DNA of 64,000 bases from contig DASQMR010000353.1 in NCBI GenBank assembly GCA_035645375.1, positions 12,555 through 76,554 on the forward strand. Reading direction: 5' to 3'. The position numbers and the translations under genes are program-made. Source of the stretch: Rubrobacteraceae bacterium. GTDB taxonomy: Bacteria; Actinomycetota; Rubrobacteria; Rubrobacterales; Rubrobacteraceae. Position 1 is the first letter of the stretch. The number at the start of each line of letters is the position of its first letter. Positions 29,697 to 42,591 of this stretch are shown here, one piece after another. The notes beneath the pieces are model-generated. The model was not told the origin of the DNA. It searched no databases and saw only the letters and a program-made list of their open reading frames with translations.

Positions 29697-30599
29697 CTAG
29701 ATTAAGCCTGAAAGGTCCCTCGCTCGCAACCCGTTCTCCCGCAGGTAAGCGGCGAACTCGTCGAGCATCTCCCGCGGCTCCCGCACGAAGCTCCCCGCCC
29801 CTACCTGCACCGCCGTCGCCCCCGCGATCATGAACTCTGCAACGTCCTCCCCGCTGGAGATGCCCCCCACCCCGATAACCGGGCCCTCAGCGACTCGCGA
29901 AACTTCATACACCGCCCGCAGCGTCACTGGCTTTATCGCTGGTCCCGAGAGCCCTCCTCTCAAAAAGACCTTTCTCTCTCGCGCATCGACGACTAGCGCC
30001 GGGATCGTGTTGATAAGCGTGAGCCCGTCTGCTCCAGCCTCCTCGGCGGCGACGGCGTTAGCCACGACGCCCTCGTTGGTCAGCTTCGCAAACAAGGGCT
30101 TCTCCGGTAGCGTTTCCTTGCAAGCGGCCACAACCTCCGCGACCGTCTCAGGCCCAGCGCAAAACTGTAGCCCGCCGTGCTCTACGTTGGGGCACGATAA
30201 GTTGAGTTCTACCGCCGCTACCCTACCGTCACCGGCGAGCCTCTCACACATCGCGGCAAACTCTGTCACCGCATCCGCCGCGATCGACACGAACAGAGGC
30301 AACCCCACGTCCCAGCGGTTCAAGTCTTCCAGGAAGCATTCGAGACCAACATTCTGGAGCCCGATTGAGTTAACCATGCCAGACGGAGCCTCGGCGACGC
30401 GCGGCGGCGGGTTCCCCGCCCTGGGCCTCGGCGTCACGGTCTTCGGGAGCATCGCCCCGTAGACCCCTTTCGCCCTGTCGAGCGCCTCCTTCGCGAGGGT
30501 GCCGGCGGCCGGCATCACCGGCGTAGCTAGCGGGATGCCGCAGAGATCAACCGCAAGATCGGTGGAATCTCCGGCAATCTTCTCGGGACGGGCTACCAC
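29697..30599 (-). CDS. pyrD: Dihydroorotate dehydrogenase 1B catalytic subunit
   Basis: GNPPPR, NSIGLQN, ELNLSCPN, INT, GGLSGPAIKP; start trimmed to GTG 30599. Confidence 0.94.
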   Translation of the reverse strand: MVARPEKIAGDSTDLAVDLCGIPLATPVMPAAGTLAKEALDRAKGVYGAMLPKTVTPRPRAGNPPPRVAEAPSGMVNSIGLQNVGLECFLEDLNRWDVGLPLFVSIAADAVTEFAAMCERLAGDGRVAAVELNLSCPNVEHGGLQFCAGPETVAEVVAACKETLPEKPLFAKLTNEGVVANAVAAEEAGADGLTLINTIPALVVDARERKVFLRGGLSGPAIKPVTLRAVYEVSRVAEGPVIGVGGISSGEDVAEFMIAGATAVQVGAGSFVREPREMLDEFAAYLRENGLRARDLSGLI

Positions 30600-31342
30600 G
30601 CGAGGACCTCCGCCGGGAAGACGGGACCTTCGACACAGGCTCTGGCGTAGATTCGCTCGCCGGAATCCCATACAGGGACGGCGCAGCCGTAACAAGAGCC
30701 GTTAGCGCACGCCATCCGCTCGCGCAGCGCGATTTGGGCTGAAACCCTGCCTGCGGAGGCACGCTTTACTGCACTTAGCATCTCGACCGGGCCGCTAGCA
30801 AAGAGGCTCGCGTAACGCTCCAGATCGCCGAGGCGGTTGAGGACCGCCCGCGAGGGGTCCGAAGTTCCTTTGGTGGGCACCAAGGTCGCGTCAGGGTAGC
30901 TCTCGGAGATCCAGGTCGCGTACGCCTCGGGGGCAGTCACCGGTATTTCGAGGAAGGTATCGCAAACGATACCTTCTCTATCGAGGCTCCTGCCTAGTAG
31001 CTTCAGCGGTGCAACCCACACTCCCCCGCCTAGGAGCGCCACCAGCTCACCGTCGTCGGTCTGGAAGCCTCGTCCCAGGGGACCACTTACCAGCAGACGG
31101 GCATCTTCCTCAGCCAAGAGGAGGGTACCGCGCCCCCGTATCTCAAAGAGAAGGCTCATCTCCCCATCTTCGTAGTCGTGGACGAAGAGAGGACGGGGTA
31201 GAAACGGGTCGAGGCTTTGTGTAGACGTACGGGCCATTACAAACTGTCCCGGCTCGGGTACCTGATCTGGCCAACGATAGCGGAGGAGGGCGTGGTCGCC
31301 GAACCTTTCGCGCACGGTCACTTCTACTTCGTGAAGCTTCAC
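30593..31342 (-). CDS. pyrK: Dihydroorotate dehydrogenase electron transfer subunit
   Basis: PGQFVM, GPLGRGF, MACANGSCYGC...CVEGPVF 2Fe-2S motif. Confidence 0.9.
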   Translation of the reverse strand: MKLHEVEVTVRERFGDHALLRYRWPDQVPEPGQFVMARTSTQSLDPFLPRPLFVHDYEDGEMSLLFEIRGRGTLLLAEEDARLLVSGPLGRGFQTDDGELVALLGGGVWVAPLKLLGRSLDREGIVCDTFLEIPVTAPEAYATWISESYPDATLVPTKGTSDPSRAVLNRLGDLERYASLFASGPVEMLSAVKRASAGRVSAQIALRERMACANGSCYGCAVPVWDSGERIYARACVEGPVFPAEVLAW

Positions 31343-31352
31343 CTGTGTAGCT

Positions 31353-34300
31353 TCACGCTCTGGCGGTGTAGAGGCTCTGGAGGGAGTTCACCCTCTCGGA
31401 GCCGCCGCGTATCCTCGACTCGATACCCTGGACTGCTGCTGCTGCTGCTGCGAGGGTCGTGATGCAGGGGACGCCATGCATGAGTGCCTTGCGGCGGATC
31501 AGGTACCCGTCCGTCCTTGCCCCTCTGCCCCACGGCGTGTTGACGATCAAGTCTACCCCGCCGCGCTCGATTAGACCCAGGACGTCCTCTCCGTTCTCCC
31601 CTATCTTTGGTACTACCGCCGCCGACAGACCATTGTTCTTCAAAACCTCCGCCGTACCCTCGCTCCCCGCGACTTCGAACCCGAGGTCCGCGAAGGCCCG
31701 AGCGATCAGGACGACCGCCCGCTTGTCCCGGTTCGCGACCGAGATGTACACTCGGCCGCTGGTGGGCAGGGTCTGCCCCGCCGCAGTAAGCGCCTTCGCG
31801 AACGCGCCGCCGAAAGAGCGGTCTATCCCCATGGCCTCGCCCGTCGAGCGCATCTCCGGGCCGAGCAGAGGGTCCACATCCGCGAAGCGGTCGAACGGAA
31901 AGACCGGCGCCTTGACACTGAAGTGCTCCGCCGCCCCCGGACCAGACCCGAGCCCCATCTCCGAGAGCTTCTCGCCGAGCAGGACGCGGGTCGCGACCTT
32001 AGCGAGCGGCACCCCAGTCGCCTTCGAAACAAACGGCACGGTACGCGAAGCCCGAGGGTTGCACTCGATTACCATTACGTCCTCACCACGTACCACGAAC
32101 TGTATGTTCATCAGCCCCACGACCCCCACCGCCAGCGCAAGGCGCCTCGTGTGCTCCTCGATCCGCTCGACGAGCGCCCTGTGTATCGTGATCGGCGGCA
32201 CCACGCACGAGGAGTCTCCGGAGTGAACCCCCGCCTCCTCGACGTGCTCCATGATTCCTCCGACGTACACCTCTTCCCCGTCCGAGACGGCATCTACGTC
32301 AACCTCGATGTGATCCTCCATGAACTTGTCAATGAGGATCGGGTGCTCCGGGTTCGCACTCACGCTGGACTCCAGGTACAAATCCAACTCTGCGTTGTTG
32401 TAGACGATCTCCATACGCCGCCCGCCGAGCACGTAAGAGGGCCGCACCACGACGGGGTAGCCGAGCTCCCGTGCGATCTCCCTCGCCTCGTCTGCGCTCC
32501 TGGCAGCCCCGAATCGGGGATGCGGTATGCCAAGCTCCGTAAGCAGCCTCCCGAACCGGGAACGGTCCTCGGCGAGATCTATCGCGTCCGGACTCGTGCC
32601 GAGAATCTTGACGCCGTTCTCCTCTAACTCGCGGGCGAGCTTCAAGGGACTCTGACCTCCGAACTGCAAGACGACGCCCTCGGGCCTCTCGCGCCGCACG
32701 ATCTCCAGAACGTGCTCGGCGGTTAGCGGCTCAAAGTAGAGGCGGGTGGAGGCATCGTAATCGGTAGAGACGGTCTCGGGGTTGGAGTTGACCATCACCG
32801 CGTCGTATCCGGCCTCTTTTATTGCGAAGCTTGCGTGAACGCAGGCGTAGTCGAACTCGATGCCTTGACCGATGCGGTTCGGTCCGCTCCCGAGCACCAC
32901 GACGGAGGGGTTCTCCCCACGCTCTACCTCGTCCTCGGTCTCGTAGGTTGAGTAATAGTAAGGCGTCCGGGCGGGAAACTCCCCGGCACACGTGTCAACG
33001 GACTTGTATGTCGGATGAACTCCGAGAGCCCCGCGCACCCCGCGCACCACCTCGGTCGATCTGCCGGAGGCGGCGGCTAGAATCTCGTCGGAGAGCCCGA
33101 TTCGCTTGACCTCCATCAGCTCCTCGGTGCTTAAGGTCTCTGAGACCGCATCCTCGGCGGCCACGATTCTGGCAATAGAGGCGATGAAGAACGGGTCGAT
33201 CTGGGTCCTTCGCACTATCTCCGGCAGGTCCATCCCAGCCCTCAACGCGTCGAAGATAGCGAAGATACGATACGGGTTCGGGTCGTCGAGATACGCGACT
33301 ATGTCCTGCGACTCTACCTCTAGCGAACCCATAGCCTTGAGGAGGCTCTCCGTAAACGTGCGGCCTATAGCCATGACCTCACCTACTGAGTGCATCTTAG
33401 TGTTTAGTTTTGGTGGCGCGCCCGGGAACTTCTCGAAGGCGAAGCGAGGTATCTTTGTCACCACGTAGTCGAGAGCCGGCTCGAAGGAGGCCGGGGTGGC
33501 GCGGGTAATGTCGTTCGGAATCTCATCGAGGGAGTAGCCAACTGCTAGCTTGGCAGCTATCTTGGCGATCGGGAACCCGGTAGCTTTGCTCGCGAGCGCG
33601 CTGGAGCGACTCACCCGAGGGTTCATCTCGATCACGTAATAATCGTCCGCCTCGGGGTCCACCGCGAATTGGATGTTCGAGCCTCCCGTCGACACCCCAA
33701 TCTCTCGTATTATGCGCAATGAAGCATTGCGGAGCGTTTGGTATTGCCGATCCGAGAGGGTCTGGGCGGGGGCGACTGTTATAGAGTCGCCAGTGTGAAC
33801 GCCCATAGGGTCCAAGTTCTCGATAGAGCAGATCACGACAACGTTGTCGGCAAGGTCACGCATGACCTCCAGCTCGAACTCCTTCCAGCCTGCGACGCTC
33901 CGCTCGACGAGGACGCTGCGAACCGGGCTCGCGTCGAGACCGTCGGTGACGGCACGGCGTAGATCTTGCTCATCGTAAGCCGTAGAACCCCCCTTACCGC
34001 CCAGGGTAAAGCTGGGGCGGATGATTAGAGGGAAGCCTATCTTACGCGCGAGCTCAAGCGCGCCCTCGACTTGGTGTACGACGCGGCTTTCGGGAACCCT
34101 CAGGCCGATCCGCTCCATCGCCTCGCGAAAGAGGTGCCGGTCCTCGGCTTTGCGAATCGAGGAGACCGACGCGCCTAGAAGCTCGACGTCATACTCCTCT
34201 AAGGTTCCTCTCTCATGAAGCTCTATGGCGAGATTAAGAGCGGTCTGACCTCCAAGAGTCGGGAGCAGCGCGTCGGGTCGCTCGCGTCGGATGATCTCCG

Positions 34301-34523
34301 CGACCGTTTCGACGGTCAGAGGCTCGACGTAGGTTGTATCGGCGATCTCAGGGTCGGTCATGATGGTAGCGGGATTGGAGTTGACGAGGATTACGTGGTA
34401 ACCCTCGTCGCGCAGGGCCCGACAGGCTTGCGTCCCAGAGTAGTCGAACTCGGCGGCCTGACCGATAACTATTGGACCTGATCCTATCAAGAGGATTCTC
34501 TCTATGTCGTTGCGGCGCGGCAA
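31353..34523 (-). CDS. carB: Carbamoyl-phosphate synthase large subunit
   Basis: [17 protein letters not shown], duplicated ATP-grasp domains, MGS domain. Confidence 0.98.
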   Translation of the reverse strand: MPRRNDIERILLIGSGPIVIGQAAEFDYSGTQACRALRDEGYHVILVNSNPATIMTDPEIADTTYVEPLTVETVAEIIRRERPDALLPTLGGQTALNLAIELHERGTLEEYDVELLGASVSSIRKAEDRHLFREAMERIGLRVPESRVVHQVEGALELARKIGFPLIIRPSFTLGGKGGSTAYDEQDLRRAVTDGLDASPVRSVLVERSVAGWKEFELEVMRDLADNVVVICSIENLDPMGVHTGDSITVAPAQTLSDRQYQTLRNASLRIIREIGVSTGGSNIQFAVDPEADDYYVIEMNPRVSRSSALASKATGFPIAKIAAKLAVGYSLDEIPNDITRATPASFEPALDYVVTKIPRFAFEKFPGAPPKLNTKMHSVGEVMAIGRTFTESLLKAMGSLEVESQDIVAYLDDPNPYRIFAIFDALRAGMDLPEIVRRTQIDPFFIASIARIVAAEDAVSETLSTEELMEVKRIGLSDEILAAASGRSTEVVRGVRGALGVHPTYKSVDTCAGEFPARTPYYYSTYETEDEVERGENPSVVVLGSGPNRIGQGIEFDYACVHASFAIKEAGYDAVMVNSNPETVSTDYDASTRLYFEPLTAEHVLEIVRRERPEGVVLQFGGQSPLKLARELEENGVKILGTSPDAIDLAEDRSRFGRLLTELGIPHPRFGAARSADEAREIARELGYPVVVRPSYVLGGRRMEIVYNNAELDLYLESSVSANPEHPILIDKFMEDHIEVDVDAVSDGEEVYVGGIMEHVEEAGVHSGDSSCVVPPITIHRALVERIEEHTRRLALAVGVVGLMNIQFVVRGEDVMVIECNPRASRTVPFVSKATGVPLAKVATRVLLGEKLSEMGLGSGPGAAEHFSVKAPVFPFDRFADVDPLLGPEMRSTGEAMGIDRSFGGAFAKALTAAGQTLPTSGRVYISVANRDKRAVVLIARAFADLGFEVAGSEGTAEVLKNNGLSAAVVPKIGENGEDVLGLIERGGVDLIVNTPWGRGARTDGYLIRRKALMHGVPCITTLAAAAAAVQGIESRIRGGSERVNSLQSLYTARA

Positions 34524-34526
34524 GAG

Positions 34527-35660
34527 CTAGACCCTAGCTTTCTTCTCGCAGATCTCCTCGACAAACTCGTCGAAGAGGTAACCGGAGTCACGCGGCCCCG
34601 GACTAGACTCAGGGTGGTACTGTACGCTCCAGGCCCTGAGATCCCTGCTCGCAAGCCCCTCGACAGTACCGTCGTAGAGATTGCGGTGGGTCAGCTCGAC
34701 GCCTCCGGGAATCGTCTCCTCCCGGACGGAGAAGCCGTGGTTCTGACTGGTGATCTCGATCCGTCCCGTCCTCAAGTTTCGAACGGGATGGTTCGCGCCA
34801 TGGTGCCCGAACGGCATCTTATACGTCTCGCAGCCCAGAGCGAGCCCGAGTAGCTGATGTCCGAGGCAAATTCCGAAGGTCGGCGTCTCCCCGAGAACAC
34901 CGCCTAGGTTCTCGACTGCCTTCTCCAGAGCAGCCGGGTCTCCAGGACCGTTCGAGAGGAAGATGCCATCGGGGTTCTGGGCGAGCACTTCATCGGCGGG
35001 GGTAGAGCCCGGCATCGCGAGCACGGACGCACCGCGACTCCGCAACTCCTCGTAGATGGAGCTTTTTACACCGTAGTCGAGGGCGACGATACGACACCGC
35101 TCCTCGCCAAGCGCCGGGAGCAGAACAGGCTCCGTTAGCTCAGTGATCGAGGAGGCCAGGTCAAGACCGAGCATCGTCGGATGGGCGTTGGCCTTCTCAC
35201 GCAAGACTTTTATGTCTCGCTCTGAAGTAGAGATAACGCCTCGCATAGCCCCCTTATCCCTCAGATGCCGCGTGAGAGCGCGGGTGTCTATGCCCTCGAC
35301 GCCCAGAGTACCGCACTCTTCAAGGAGAGAGGAGAGGGATCGCTCGCTGGCCCAGTTGCTATGGTACGAGGTGTACTCGCGCACGAGGACGGCGGCGGCC
35401 TGTATCTTAGGAGACTCCTCGTCGCCGTGGATCACACCATAGTTCCCTATAAGCGGGTAGGTGAAGAGCACGATCTGCCCACGATACGACGGGTCGGTCA
35501 ACGTCTCCTGATAGCCGACCATGCTGGTCGTAAAAACGACCTCCCCAGAGACTTCTCCCTCGCCGGCGAACGTCCAACCCGAGAAGGAAGCACCATCCTC
35601 CAGCACTACTAATGCCCGTCTCCGCCCTGCTAGCGGTCCCACGTTACGCCCTTGCTCCAA
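34527..35660 (-). CDS. carA: Carbamoyl-phosphate synthase small subunit
   Basis: [30 protein letters not shown]. Confidence 0.98.
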   Translation of the reverse strand: MEQGRNVGPLAGRRRALVVLEDGASFSGWTFAGEGEVSGEVVFTTSMVGYQETLTDPSYRGQIVLFTYPLIGNYGVIHGDEESPKIQAAAVLVREYTSYHSNWASERSLSSLLEECGTLGVEGIDTRALTRHLRDKGAMRGVISTSERDIKVLREKANAHPTMLGLDLASSITELTEPVLLPALGEERCRIVALDYGVKSSIYEELRSRGASVLAMPGSTPADEVLAQNPDGIFLSNGPGDPAALEKAVENLGGVLGETPTFGICLGHQLLGLALGCETYKMPFGHHGANHPVRNLRTGRIEITSQNHGFSVREETIPGGVELTHRNLYDGTVEGLASRDLRAWSVQYHPESSPGPRDSGYLFDEFVEEICEKKARV

Positions 35661-36956
35661 ACTTTGCTCCTAACCCATTGTGTACCAACTCTCCACCAAC
35701 TATCGTGCCCACGATCCGCGCGGCCAACTTCCGTCCGAGATAGGGGCTGTTCGAGGACCTACTCACGAGTGCGTCCTCGCGCACCGTCCACTCATCGGCC
35801 AGGTCCACTAGCGTGAGATCTGCCGATGCTCCGGGAGAGACGCCATATGCTCCTCCCCCGAGCCACAGCCCGGGCGATGTGGACATCGCTTCAACCAACC
35901 GCGAGAGCGGAAGCTTCCCGCTCTGCACCAGCTCCGTGTACAACGCCGAGAAAGCCGTCTCGTGGCCTAGAAATCCCGGCGCAGCCTCCTCTAGCGGAAG
36001 ATTCTTCTCAGAGGCCTCGTGCGGCGCGTGATCCGTCGCCACGAAGTCCAGGATACCACTCGTTAGTGAATCCCTAACGCCAAGCCTATCCCCGTCCGGT
36101 CTCAAGGGAGGGTTAACCCGGTAGAGTCCCTCTAAGGTGCTGACCAAGTCATCGGTAAGCGTCAGGTGATGCGGCGTCGTGTCCGCAGTAACGTCCGCGC
36201 GCTGCTTGAAGAATCCGACGAGCGCCGCCGAGAGGGCTGTCGAGACATGGGTAATATGAACCTTCGCACCCGTCTCTGCGGCCAAGACGAGAGCTGTCGC
36301 GGTCGCCACGTCCTCTGCGCTCCCCGGAGAACCCGGCAGGCCTGCCAAGGCTGCCGCAATCCCATCATGGACCACGCCAGTAGCAAGTGTATGATCTTCG
36401 CAATGAAGTATTATAGATAAATCTACAGACTTAGCGTAGAGCATGGCGTTTCTCAGGACTCCAGCTTTCTGCGTGCCGAGCCCGTCGTCGGAGACACAGA
36501 AAGCACCAGCCTCCTTGAGGAGGCGCATCTCTGTGATACGCTCGCCTTTGAGCTCGTTATGAAGTGCCGCCGAGACGTAGGCCCGAACTCTCGACTCCTT
36601 CTCGATGCGCCGGACCAGACCGGAGACGATCATGGGTTTATCTACCACAGGGTCAGTATTTGGCATCATTACAACGCTCGTGAACCCTCCGGCAGCGGCC
36701 GCAGCGGAACCCGTCTCTATCGTCTCCTCATCCTCCCGGCCCGGCGTACGCCAGTGAGCGTGTACGTCTACGAAACCGGGGAAGAGGTGCAAGCCATCAG
36801 CATCAAGGTAGCGCGTCCCCCGTAAATTCTTGCCGACCTCGGTAACACGGCCGGCCGAAAGGCGTACGTCCGAGATACCATCTCGGTTAGACGAGGGATC
36901 GAGGACGTGGGCCCCCCGAATCACGAACTCTTCAGCGATACCAGTCCTGGCGCTCG

Positions 36957-36960
<4 letters not shown>
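35644..36960 (-). CDS. pyrC: Dihydroorotase
   Basis: DVHAH, MPNT, HCED, NPPLR, ATDHAPH. Confidence 0.95.
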
Positions 36961-38503
<1,543 letters not shown>

Positions 38504-38544
38504 TTTGATAGTCCCTGAGACGCTACCAGAGAGGCGAGGCAGCG

Positions 38545-39441
38545 TCAAGCTTCGAAGCCCGGGTCGAGAACCCGAGCTGCCTCGCGCAGATCCTCGGGGA
38601 TCGGGGCCTCGAACTCCACCAGCTTTCCGGTGGCCGGATGCGTGAAGAGCAGGCGCTCGGCGTGAAGCCAGAGGCGCCGTCCCGGAACAGGCTCGCCGTA
38701 GAGCGGGTCGGCGTAGACAGGGTACTCGATAGCAGATAGATGTACCCGGATTTGGTGCGTCCTACCCGTCTCAAGGCGCACCGTCAGCATCGTATAGTAC
38801 GCCGACTCGTGGGTGACTTCGAAATGAGTCACAGCCGGCCTCCCGACACCTGCCGCCATGAGCGTAGGGTTCTCGGGATCCCTGCCTACCGGCGCATCGA
38901 CCGTTCCTGTCGATGGTAAGCCCGTCCCGACGACAAGTGCCCGATAGATACGCCCCACCCGTCGCGCGGAGAGCGCAGCCACGAGCCCGGAGTAAGCGTC
39001 CTCACTCTTCGCCACCACCATGAGCCCCGAGGTATCCCGGTCCAACCGATGAACGATTCCGGGCCGCTGCGGATTTTCCCCGCCCGAGATGCCCTTGTGA
39101 AGGAGCGCGTTGACCAGCGTCCCCGAGCGGTTCCCCGCGCCCGGATGAACCACAAGCCCGGCGGGCTTGTCTACCACCAGGAGATGTTCGTCTTCAAAGA
39201 TTACCGGAACAAGGATCTTCTCCGCCTTGAGCCACTCTTTCACGATCCGCGCTTCAAGCCGTTCTCCGGCGCGCGCCTTGCGGGAAGGGGTAGGCTCCTC
39301 ACCCTCGATCAGCACTAGACCATCTTCGATCATACGCCGCGCGGCACTGCGGCTAATATCGAGGCGCCGGGCGAGGAGCCTGTCTAACCGTTCTCCGGCC
39401 TCCTCCGGGCCAACCTCAAGCTGCCGTGAATCAGCGTCCAA
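38545..39441 (-). CDS. rluD: RluA/RluD family pseudouridine synthase
   Basis: S4 domain, KPAGLVVHP, HRLDRDTSG, TGRTHQIRVH. Confidence 0.93.
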   Translation of the reverse strand: MDADSRQLEVGPEEAGERLDRLLARRLDISRSAARRMIEDGLVLIEGEEPTPSRKARAGERLEARIVKEWLKAEKILVPVIFEDEHLLVVDKPAGLVVHPGAGNRSGTLVNALLHKGISGGENPQRPGIVHRLDRDTSGLMVVAKSEDAYSGLVAALSARRVGRIYRALVVGTGLPSTGTVDAPVGRDPENPTLMAAGVGRPAVTHFEVTHESAYYTMLTVRLETGRTHQIRVHLSAIEYPVYADPLYGEPVPGRRLWLHAERLLFTHPATGKLVEFEAPIPEDLREAARVLDPGFEA

Positions 39442-39507
39442 GCTTATGGGCCTTTCCCGAGGAACGAGCGCTGCGCGGCGTCCTCGCTGATAAACAGCCG
39501 CTAGCAG

Positions 39508-39810
39508 CTATAGAGTTACGTTCTCCCGAACTGCCCGTACTCCGACCCCGCACGCGAGGACGAGCTTGTCTCGGCTCGACGCACCTTTTACAACAGCTAC
39601 CCCGGACCTGGGCACATTGAAGAGTGTCGAGAGATAGCGTCCGATCTCCGTGTTGGCCGTACGTTCAGCAGGCGGGGCGGCAACGGAAAGCTTGAGAGCC
39701 TCTTGTCCGTAGAGACCCTTGACTTCGGTTGGTATTGCCCCAGGCGAGACCCGAAGCTTTAGGTAAATCCCGTCTTTCGTGGAGCGTACGAAATCTACGG
39801 TCTCAACCAC
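39508..39810 (-). CDS. yggU: DUF167 / YggU family protein
   Basis: LRVSPGA, LKLSVAAPP...AN, GASSRDK; GTG start at 39810. Confidence 0.8.
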   Translation of the reverse strand: MVETVDFVRSTKDGIYLKLRVSPGAIPTEVKGLYGQEALKLSVAAPPAERTANTEIGRYLSTLFNVPRSGVAVVKGASSRDKLVLACGVGVRAVRENVTL

Positions 39811-40837
39811 GCCGGCGCAGAAAGCGGCTCGCCCGAAAGATCTTACGCTCCTCGGCATCGTCACGCTCTTCACCCTGCCCAAAGAACTCGTCGGCGGTCC
39901 GACCATGACGCGGCCCGACCTGCTGCACGGTTTCCTCGTCATCACGGTTTGTCGCTCCGGAGATGTGGTCTTCTGCGGCGGGAGCGTCCGGGACGGCGGG
40001 CCGCTGACTCACTTCTTCAGCGCCCCTGCGAGCAGGCGCGGAGACGTTCTGAGAGGGGTTCTCGACACTGGGCGAGTCTACCTCCGGCTCCTCAACCTCG
40101 GGCTGTACGCTACGCTCGTCCCCGGTCTGCCTAGCTACGGGCGTGGTGGCAGGCTGCACGCGCCGAGCTTCTTCAGTAGCGTCACCCTGCTCCGCAGCGT
40201 CAGTCTGCTGGTCGAAGCCGGTCTCTACACGCTTGGTTTCGTCCGTGCTCCGACTATCGTCTCGCGCGTCATCATATTCCCGGGTGGCATCATCGTAATC
40301 CGTCTTTCTGCTCTCGGCAGCCTCGTGAGCAACGGCGATCGACTCCGTGTCGAGACGTTCGCGCAGGGAGGCTTCTATCTCCTTGGCCGAGGTGACGTCC
40401 ACGTTGTCCATGACAGAGATGTAGCTCTTGAGCAAATGCCTGAAGTCGTTAGCGAAGTCCTGCTTCGCCTTGCGCAGCACCTCATACGACTCCTGCACCC
40501 TCTCGACTCGTGAGGAAGAGTCGGCGAGAATGCGGTGCGACTGCTCCTTCGCCTCACGGATGATCAGCTCTGCCTCCTTGCCCGCATTCTGGCGTAGATC
40601 TCTCGCCACCTGCTGAGCCTGTACAAGAGCCTCTCGTATCGCGCTCTCGAGGTCCTCGAACTGCTGCAAACGGTCTTTCAAGCTGGCCATCTCGTCCGTA
40701 AGGCGCTTATTCTCCGCAAAGGTGCGCTCGAATTCGTCCGCGACTTCGTCAAGGAAGTCATCCACCTCGTTCGCGTCGTAGCCGCGGAAGCCGCTCTTGA
40801 ACTCCTTGCGCCTGATGTCGGTAGGTCTTATAGCCAT
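39803..40837 (-). CDS. divIVA: DivIVA domain protein
   Basis: PTDIRRKEFKSGFRGYDANEVDDFLD, coiled coil, acidic tail. Confidence 0.93.
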   Translation of the reverse strand: MAIRPTDIRRKEFKSGFRGYDANEVDDFLDEVADEFERTFAENKRLTDEMASLKDRLQQFEDLESAIREALVQAQQVARDLRQNAGKEAELIIREAKEQSHRILADSSSRVERVQESYEVLRKAKQDFANDFRHLLKSYISVMDNVDVTSAKEIEASLRERLDTESIAVAHEAAESRKTDYDDATREYDDARDDSRSTDETKRVETGFDQQTDAAEQGDATEEARRVQPATTPVARQTGDERSVQPEVEEPEVDSPSVENPSQNVSAPARRGAEEVSQRPAVPDAPAAEDHISGATNRDDEETVQQVGPRHGRTADEFFGQGEERDDAEERKIFRASRFLRRRG

Positions 40838-40842
40838 TTGGA

Positions 40843-41202
40843 TCACCCCGTAATTGGTTCTATGAAGTTCCCGATTATTATCAACAATAGACTACGCCCT
40901 ATAGAGAGACCAATGATAGCGACCAAGGGCGAAAGGTCTAGAGCGAAACCGCCGAGCTTCAAACTCGGGATTACGTTCCTTATCGGCATAAGTATAGGGT
41001 CTACTACAGCCCTCACCGCGCTGTATACCGCCTGCAGAACGGGATTGGACGGGTAACGAGGGAAGAAGCTAAACAGGATGGAGGCGATGATGAACCCGAA
41101 GAGTATATAGTATGCATATACCACGCTGTTGGCGAGTAACTGAGCCACGCTGAACCCGAAGTAATCCTGCGCCAGCACGAGCGCCGTCCCTGCTACCATC
41201 AT
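40843..41202 (-). CDS. yggT: YggT family membrane protein
   Basis: DPILMPIRNVIP...LDLSPL. Confidence 0.88.
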   Translation of the reverse strand: MMVAGTALVLAQDYFGFSVAQLLANSVVYAYYILFGFIIASILFSFFPRYPSNPVLQAVYSAVRAVVDPILMPIRNVIPSLKLGGFALDLSPLVAIIGLSIGRSLLLIIIGNFIEPITG

Positions 41203-41984
41203 CCCGCCAGCCTCCGTGACTGCTCGGCTGCGGCCTCTACCCCGTCGTGGACAGCGCCGACGAATCCCGCCTTCTCCATCGCCACGAGCGCCGCCGCTGT
41301 CGTGCCGCCGGGCGTCATGACCTCGTCTCGAACCTGGTGAGCCGCCGTGTCCCTGAGCAGTATAGCTGTACCCTCGATCGTACCGTTGACGAGCCTCCTA
41401 GCCGCCTCGCGCGGTATGCCCGCTCTGACTCCCGCCTGAACCAGGGTATCGGCGAAGAGCGCCACGTACGCCGGCCCCGAACCGTGCAACGCTGTCGCCG
41501 CGTCGAAGAGCGGCTCCGGCAACTCCATCACATCGCCGACATGTTCGAACATCTTCGTCACCCTCGGAAGGTACATCTCGCCGGCCTCGTTCGACGCCAC
41601 CACCGCAGACCCCATTCCAACCGACGCGCACACGTTCGGCATCACCCGCAAGACCGCCGTCCCTTCGGGTAGCTTACCGACGATTGCGGAGATCTGAACC
41701 CCCGCGGCTACGCTCACGACCGCCTTTCCCTCTACCTCCCCTGCTATTTCCTCAAGCATCTTGGCCACGTCCCAGGGCTTTATGGCAGTCACGATGACCT
41801 CGCTGGAGCGAACGACCTCAAGGTTGTCGGGCACGAACCGGATACGTTGGTGCTCTTGCGAGAAGCGCCTGGCCCGCTCCTCGTAAGCGTCACTAACGGT
41901 AAGTTCGAAATCGCCGGAGTCGGCGAGCCGGGCGGCGAGGGAGCCCCCGATCCTACCTACCCCGATAATCCCTACCCTCTCCAA
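41199..41984 (-). CDS. proC: Pyrroline-5-carboxylate reductase
   Basis: GVGRIG, RVMPN, GSGPAY, TPGGTT. Confidence 0.94.
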   Translation of the reverse strand: MERVGIIGVGRIGGSLAARLADSGDFELTVSDAYEERARRFSQEHQRIRFVPDNLEVVRSSEVIVTAIKPWDVAKMLEEIAGEVEGKAVVSVAAGVQISAIVGKLPEGTAVLRVMPNVCASVGMGSAVVASNEAGEMYLPRVTKMFEHVGDVMELPEPLFDAATALHGSGPAYVALFADTLVQAGVRAGIPREAARRLVNGTIEGTAILLRDTAAHQVRDEVMTPGGTTAAALVAMEKAGFVGAVHDGVEAAAEQSRRLAG

Positions 41985-41988
41985 AGAA

Positions 41989-42582
41989 CTAAAGCTGATT
42001 GAAGAACGCCCTCTCGGCGAGCCGTTTACGCTCCTCTGCGGAGACCTCAACGTTGCGCGGCGTCAATAAAAAGACCCTGTTGGCGACGGTTTGTATCTGC
42101 CCGTCCAGAGCGTAGGTCAGCCCGGAGCAAAAGTCCACCATTCTACGACTGAGCTCTTGGTCCGCCTGCTGAAGATTCAGTATCACTGGCTGCTGACGTT
42201 TGAAGCGGTCGGCCAGGGCTTGCGCGTCGTTGAAGCTCGCCGGGTTAACGACGCTCACCCGCGCCGGCGCCATGCGTTGATCGGGGACGGCTCGCAAGTG
42301 ACCTTGTCCGCTCTGAGCGTCATAGGGACGCTCCCGGCTGCCAGATGCTTCACTGCCGAAGAGGTCACCCAGAGAGGTGCCAAACGCCGAGGAGCGCTCC
42401 GTGCGGCCGAGACGGCGAACCGCCGGACCCGGCTCATCATCAGAACCTCCGCGGTCGGGGGAAGATCGATCCTTCGCATAAGGCGAGGATCGCCTTTCGT
42501 CCTCATCCTCGTAGTAGTCATCCTCATCGACGCCGAAGCCGAACCAAGCCGCAACGCGGTCGAGATGGTCTCTAACTCCCAT
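41989..42582 (-). CDS. sepF: Cell division protein SepF
   Basis: PASFNDA, VILNL, RMVDFCSGL, FLLTP. Confidence 0.94.
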   Translation of the reverse strand: MGVRDHLDRVAAWFGFGVDEDDYYEDEDERRSSPYAKDRSSPDRGGSDDEPGPAVRRLGRTERSSAFGTSLGDLFGSEASGSRERPYDAQSGQGHLRAVPDQRMAPARVSVVNPASFNDAQALADRFKRQQPVILNLQQADQELSRRMVDFCSGLTYALDGQIQTVANRVFLLTPRNVEVSAEERKRLAERAFFNQL

Positions 42583-42591
42583 CCAGCCTCC

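Noticed and set aside
31431-31450. (GCT)n tandem repeat
   Set aside because: Encodes the normal poly-Ala stretch near the CarB C-terminus
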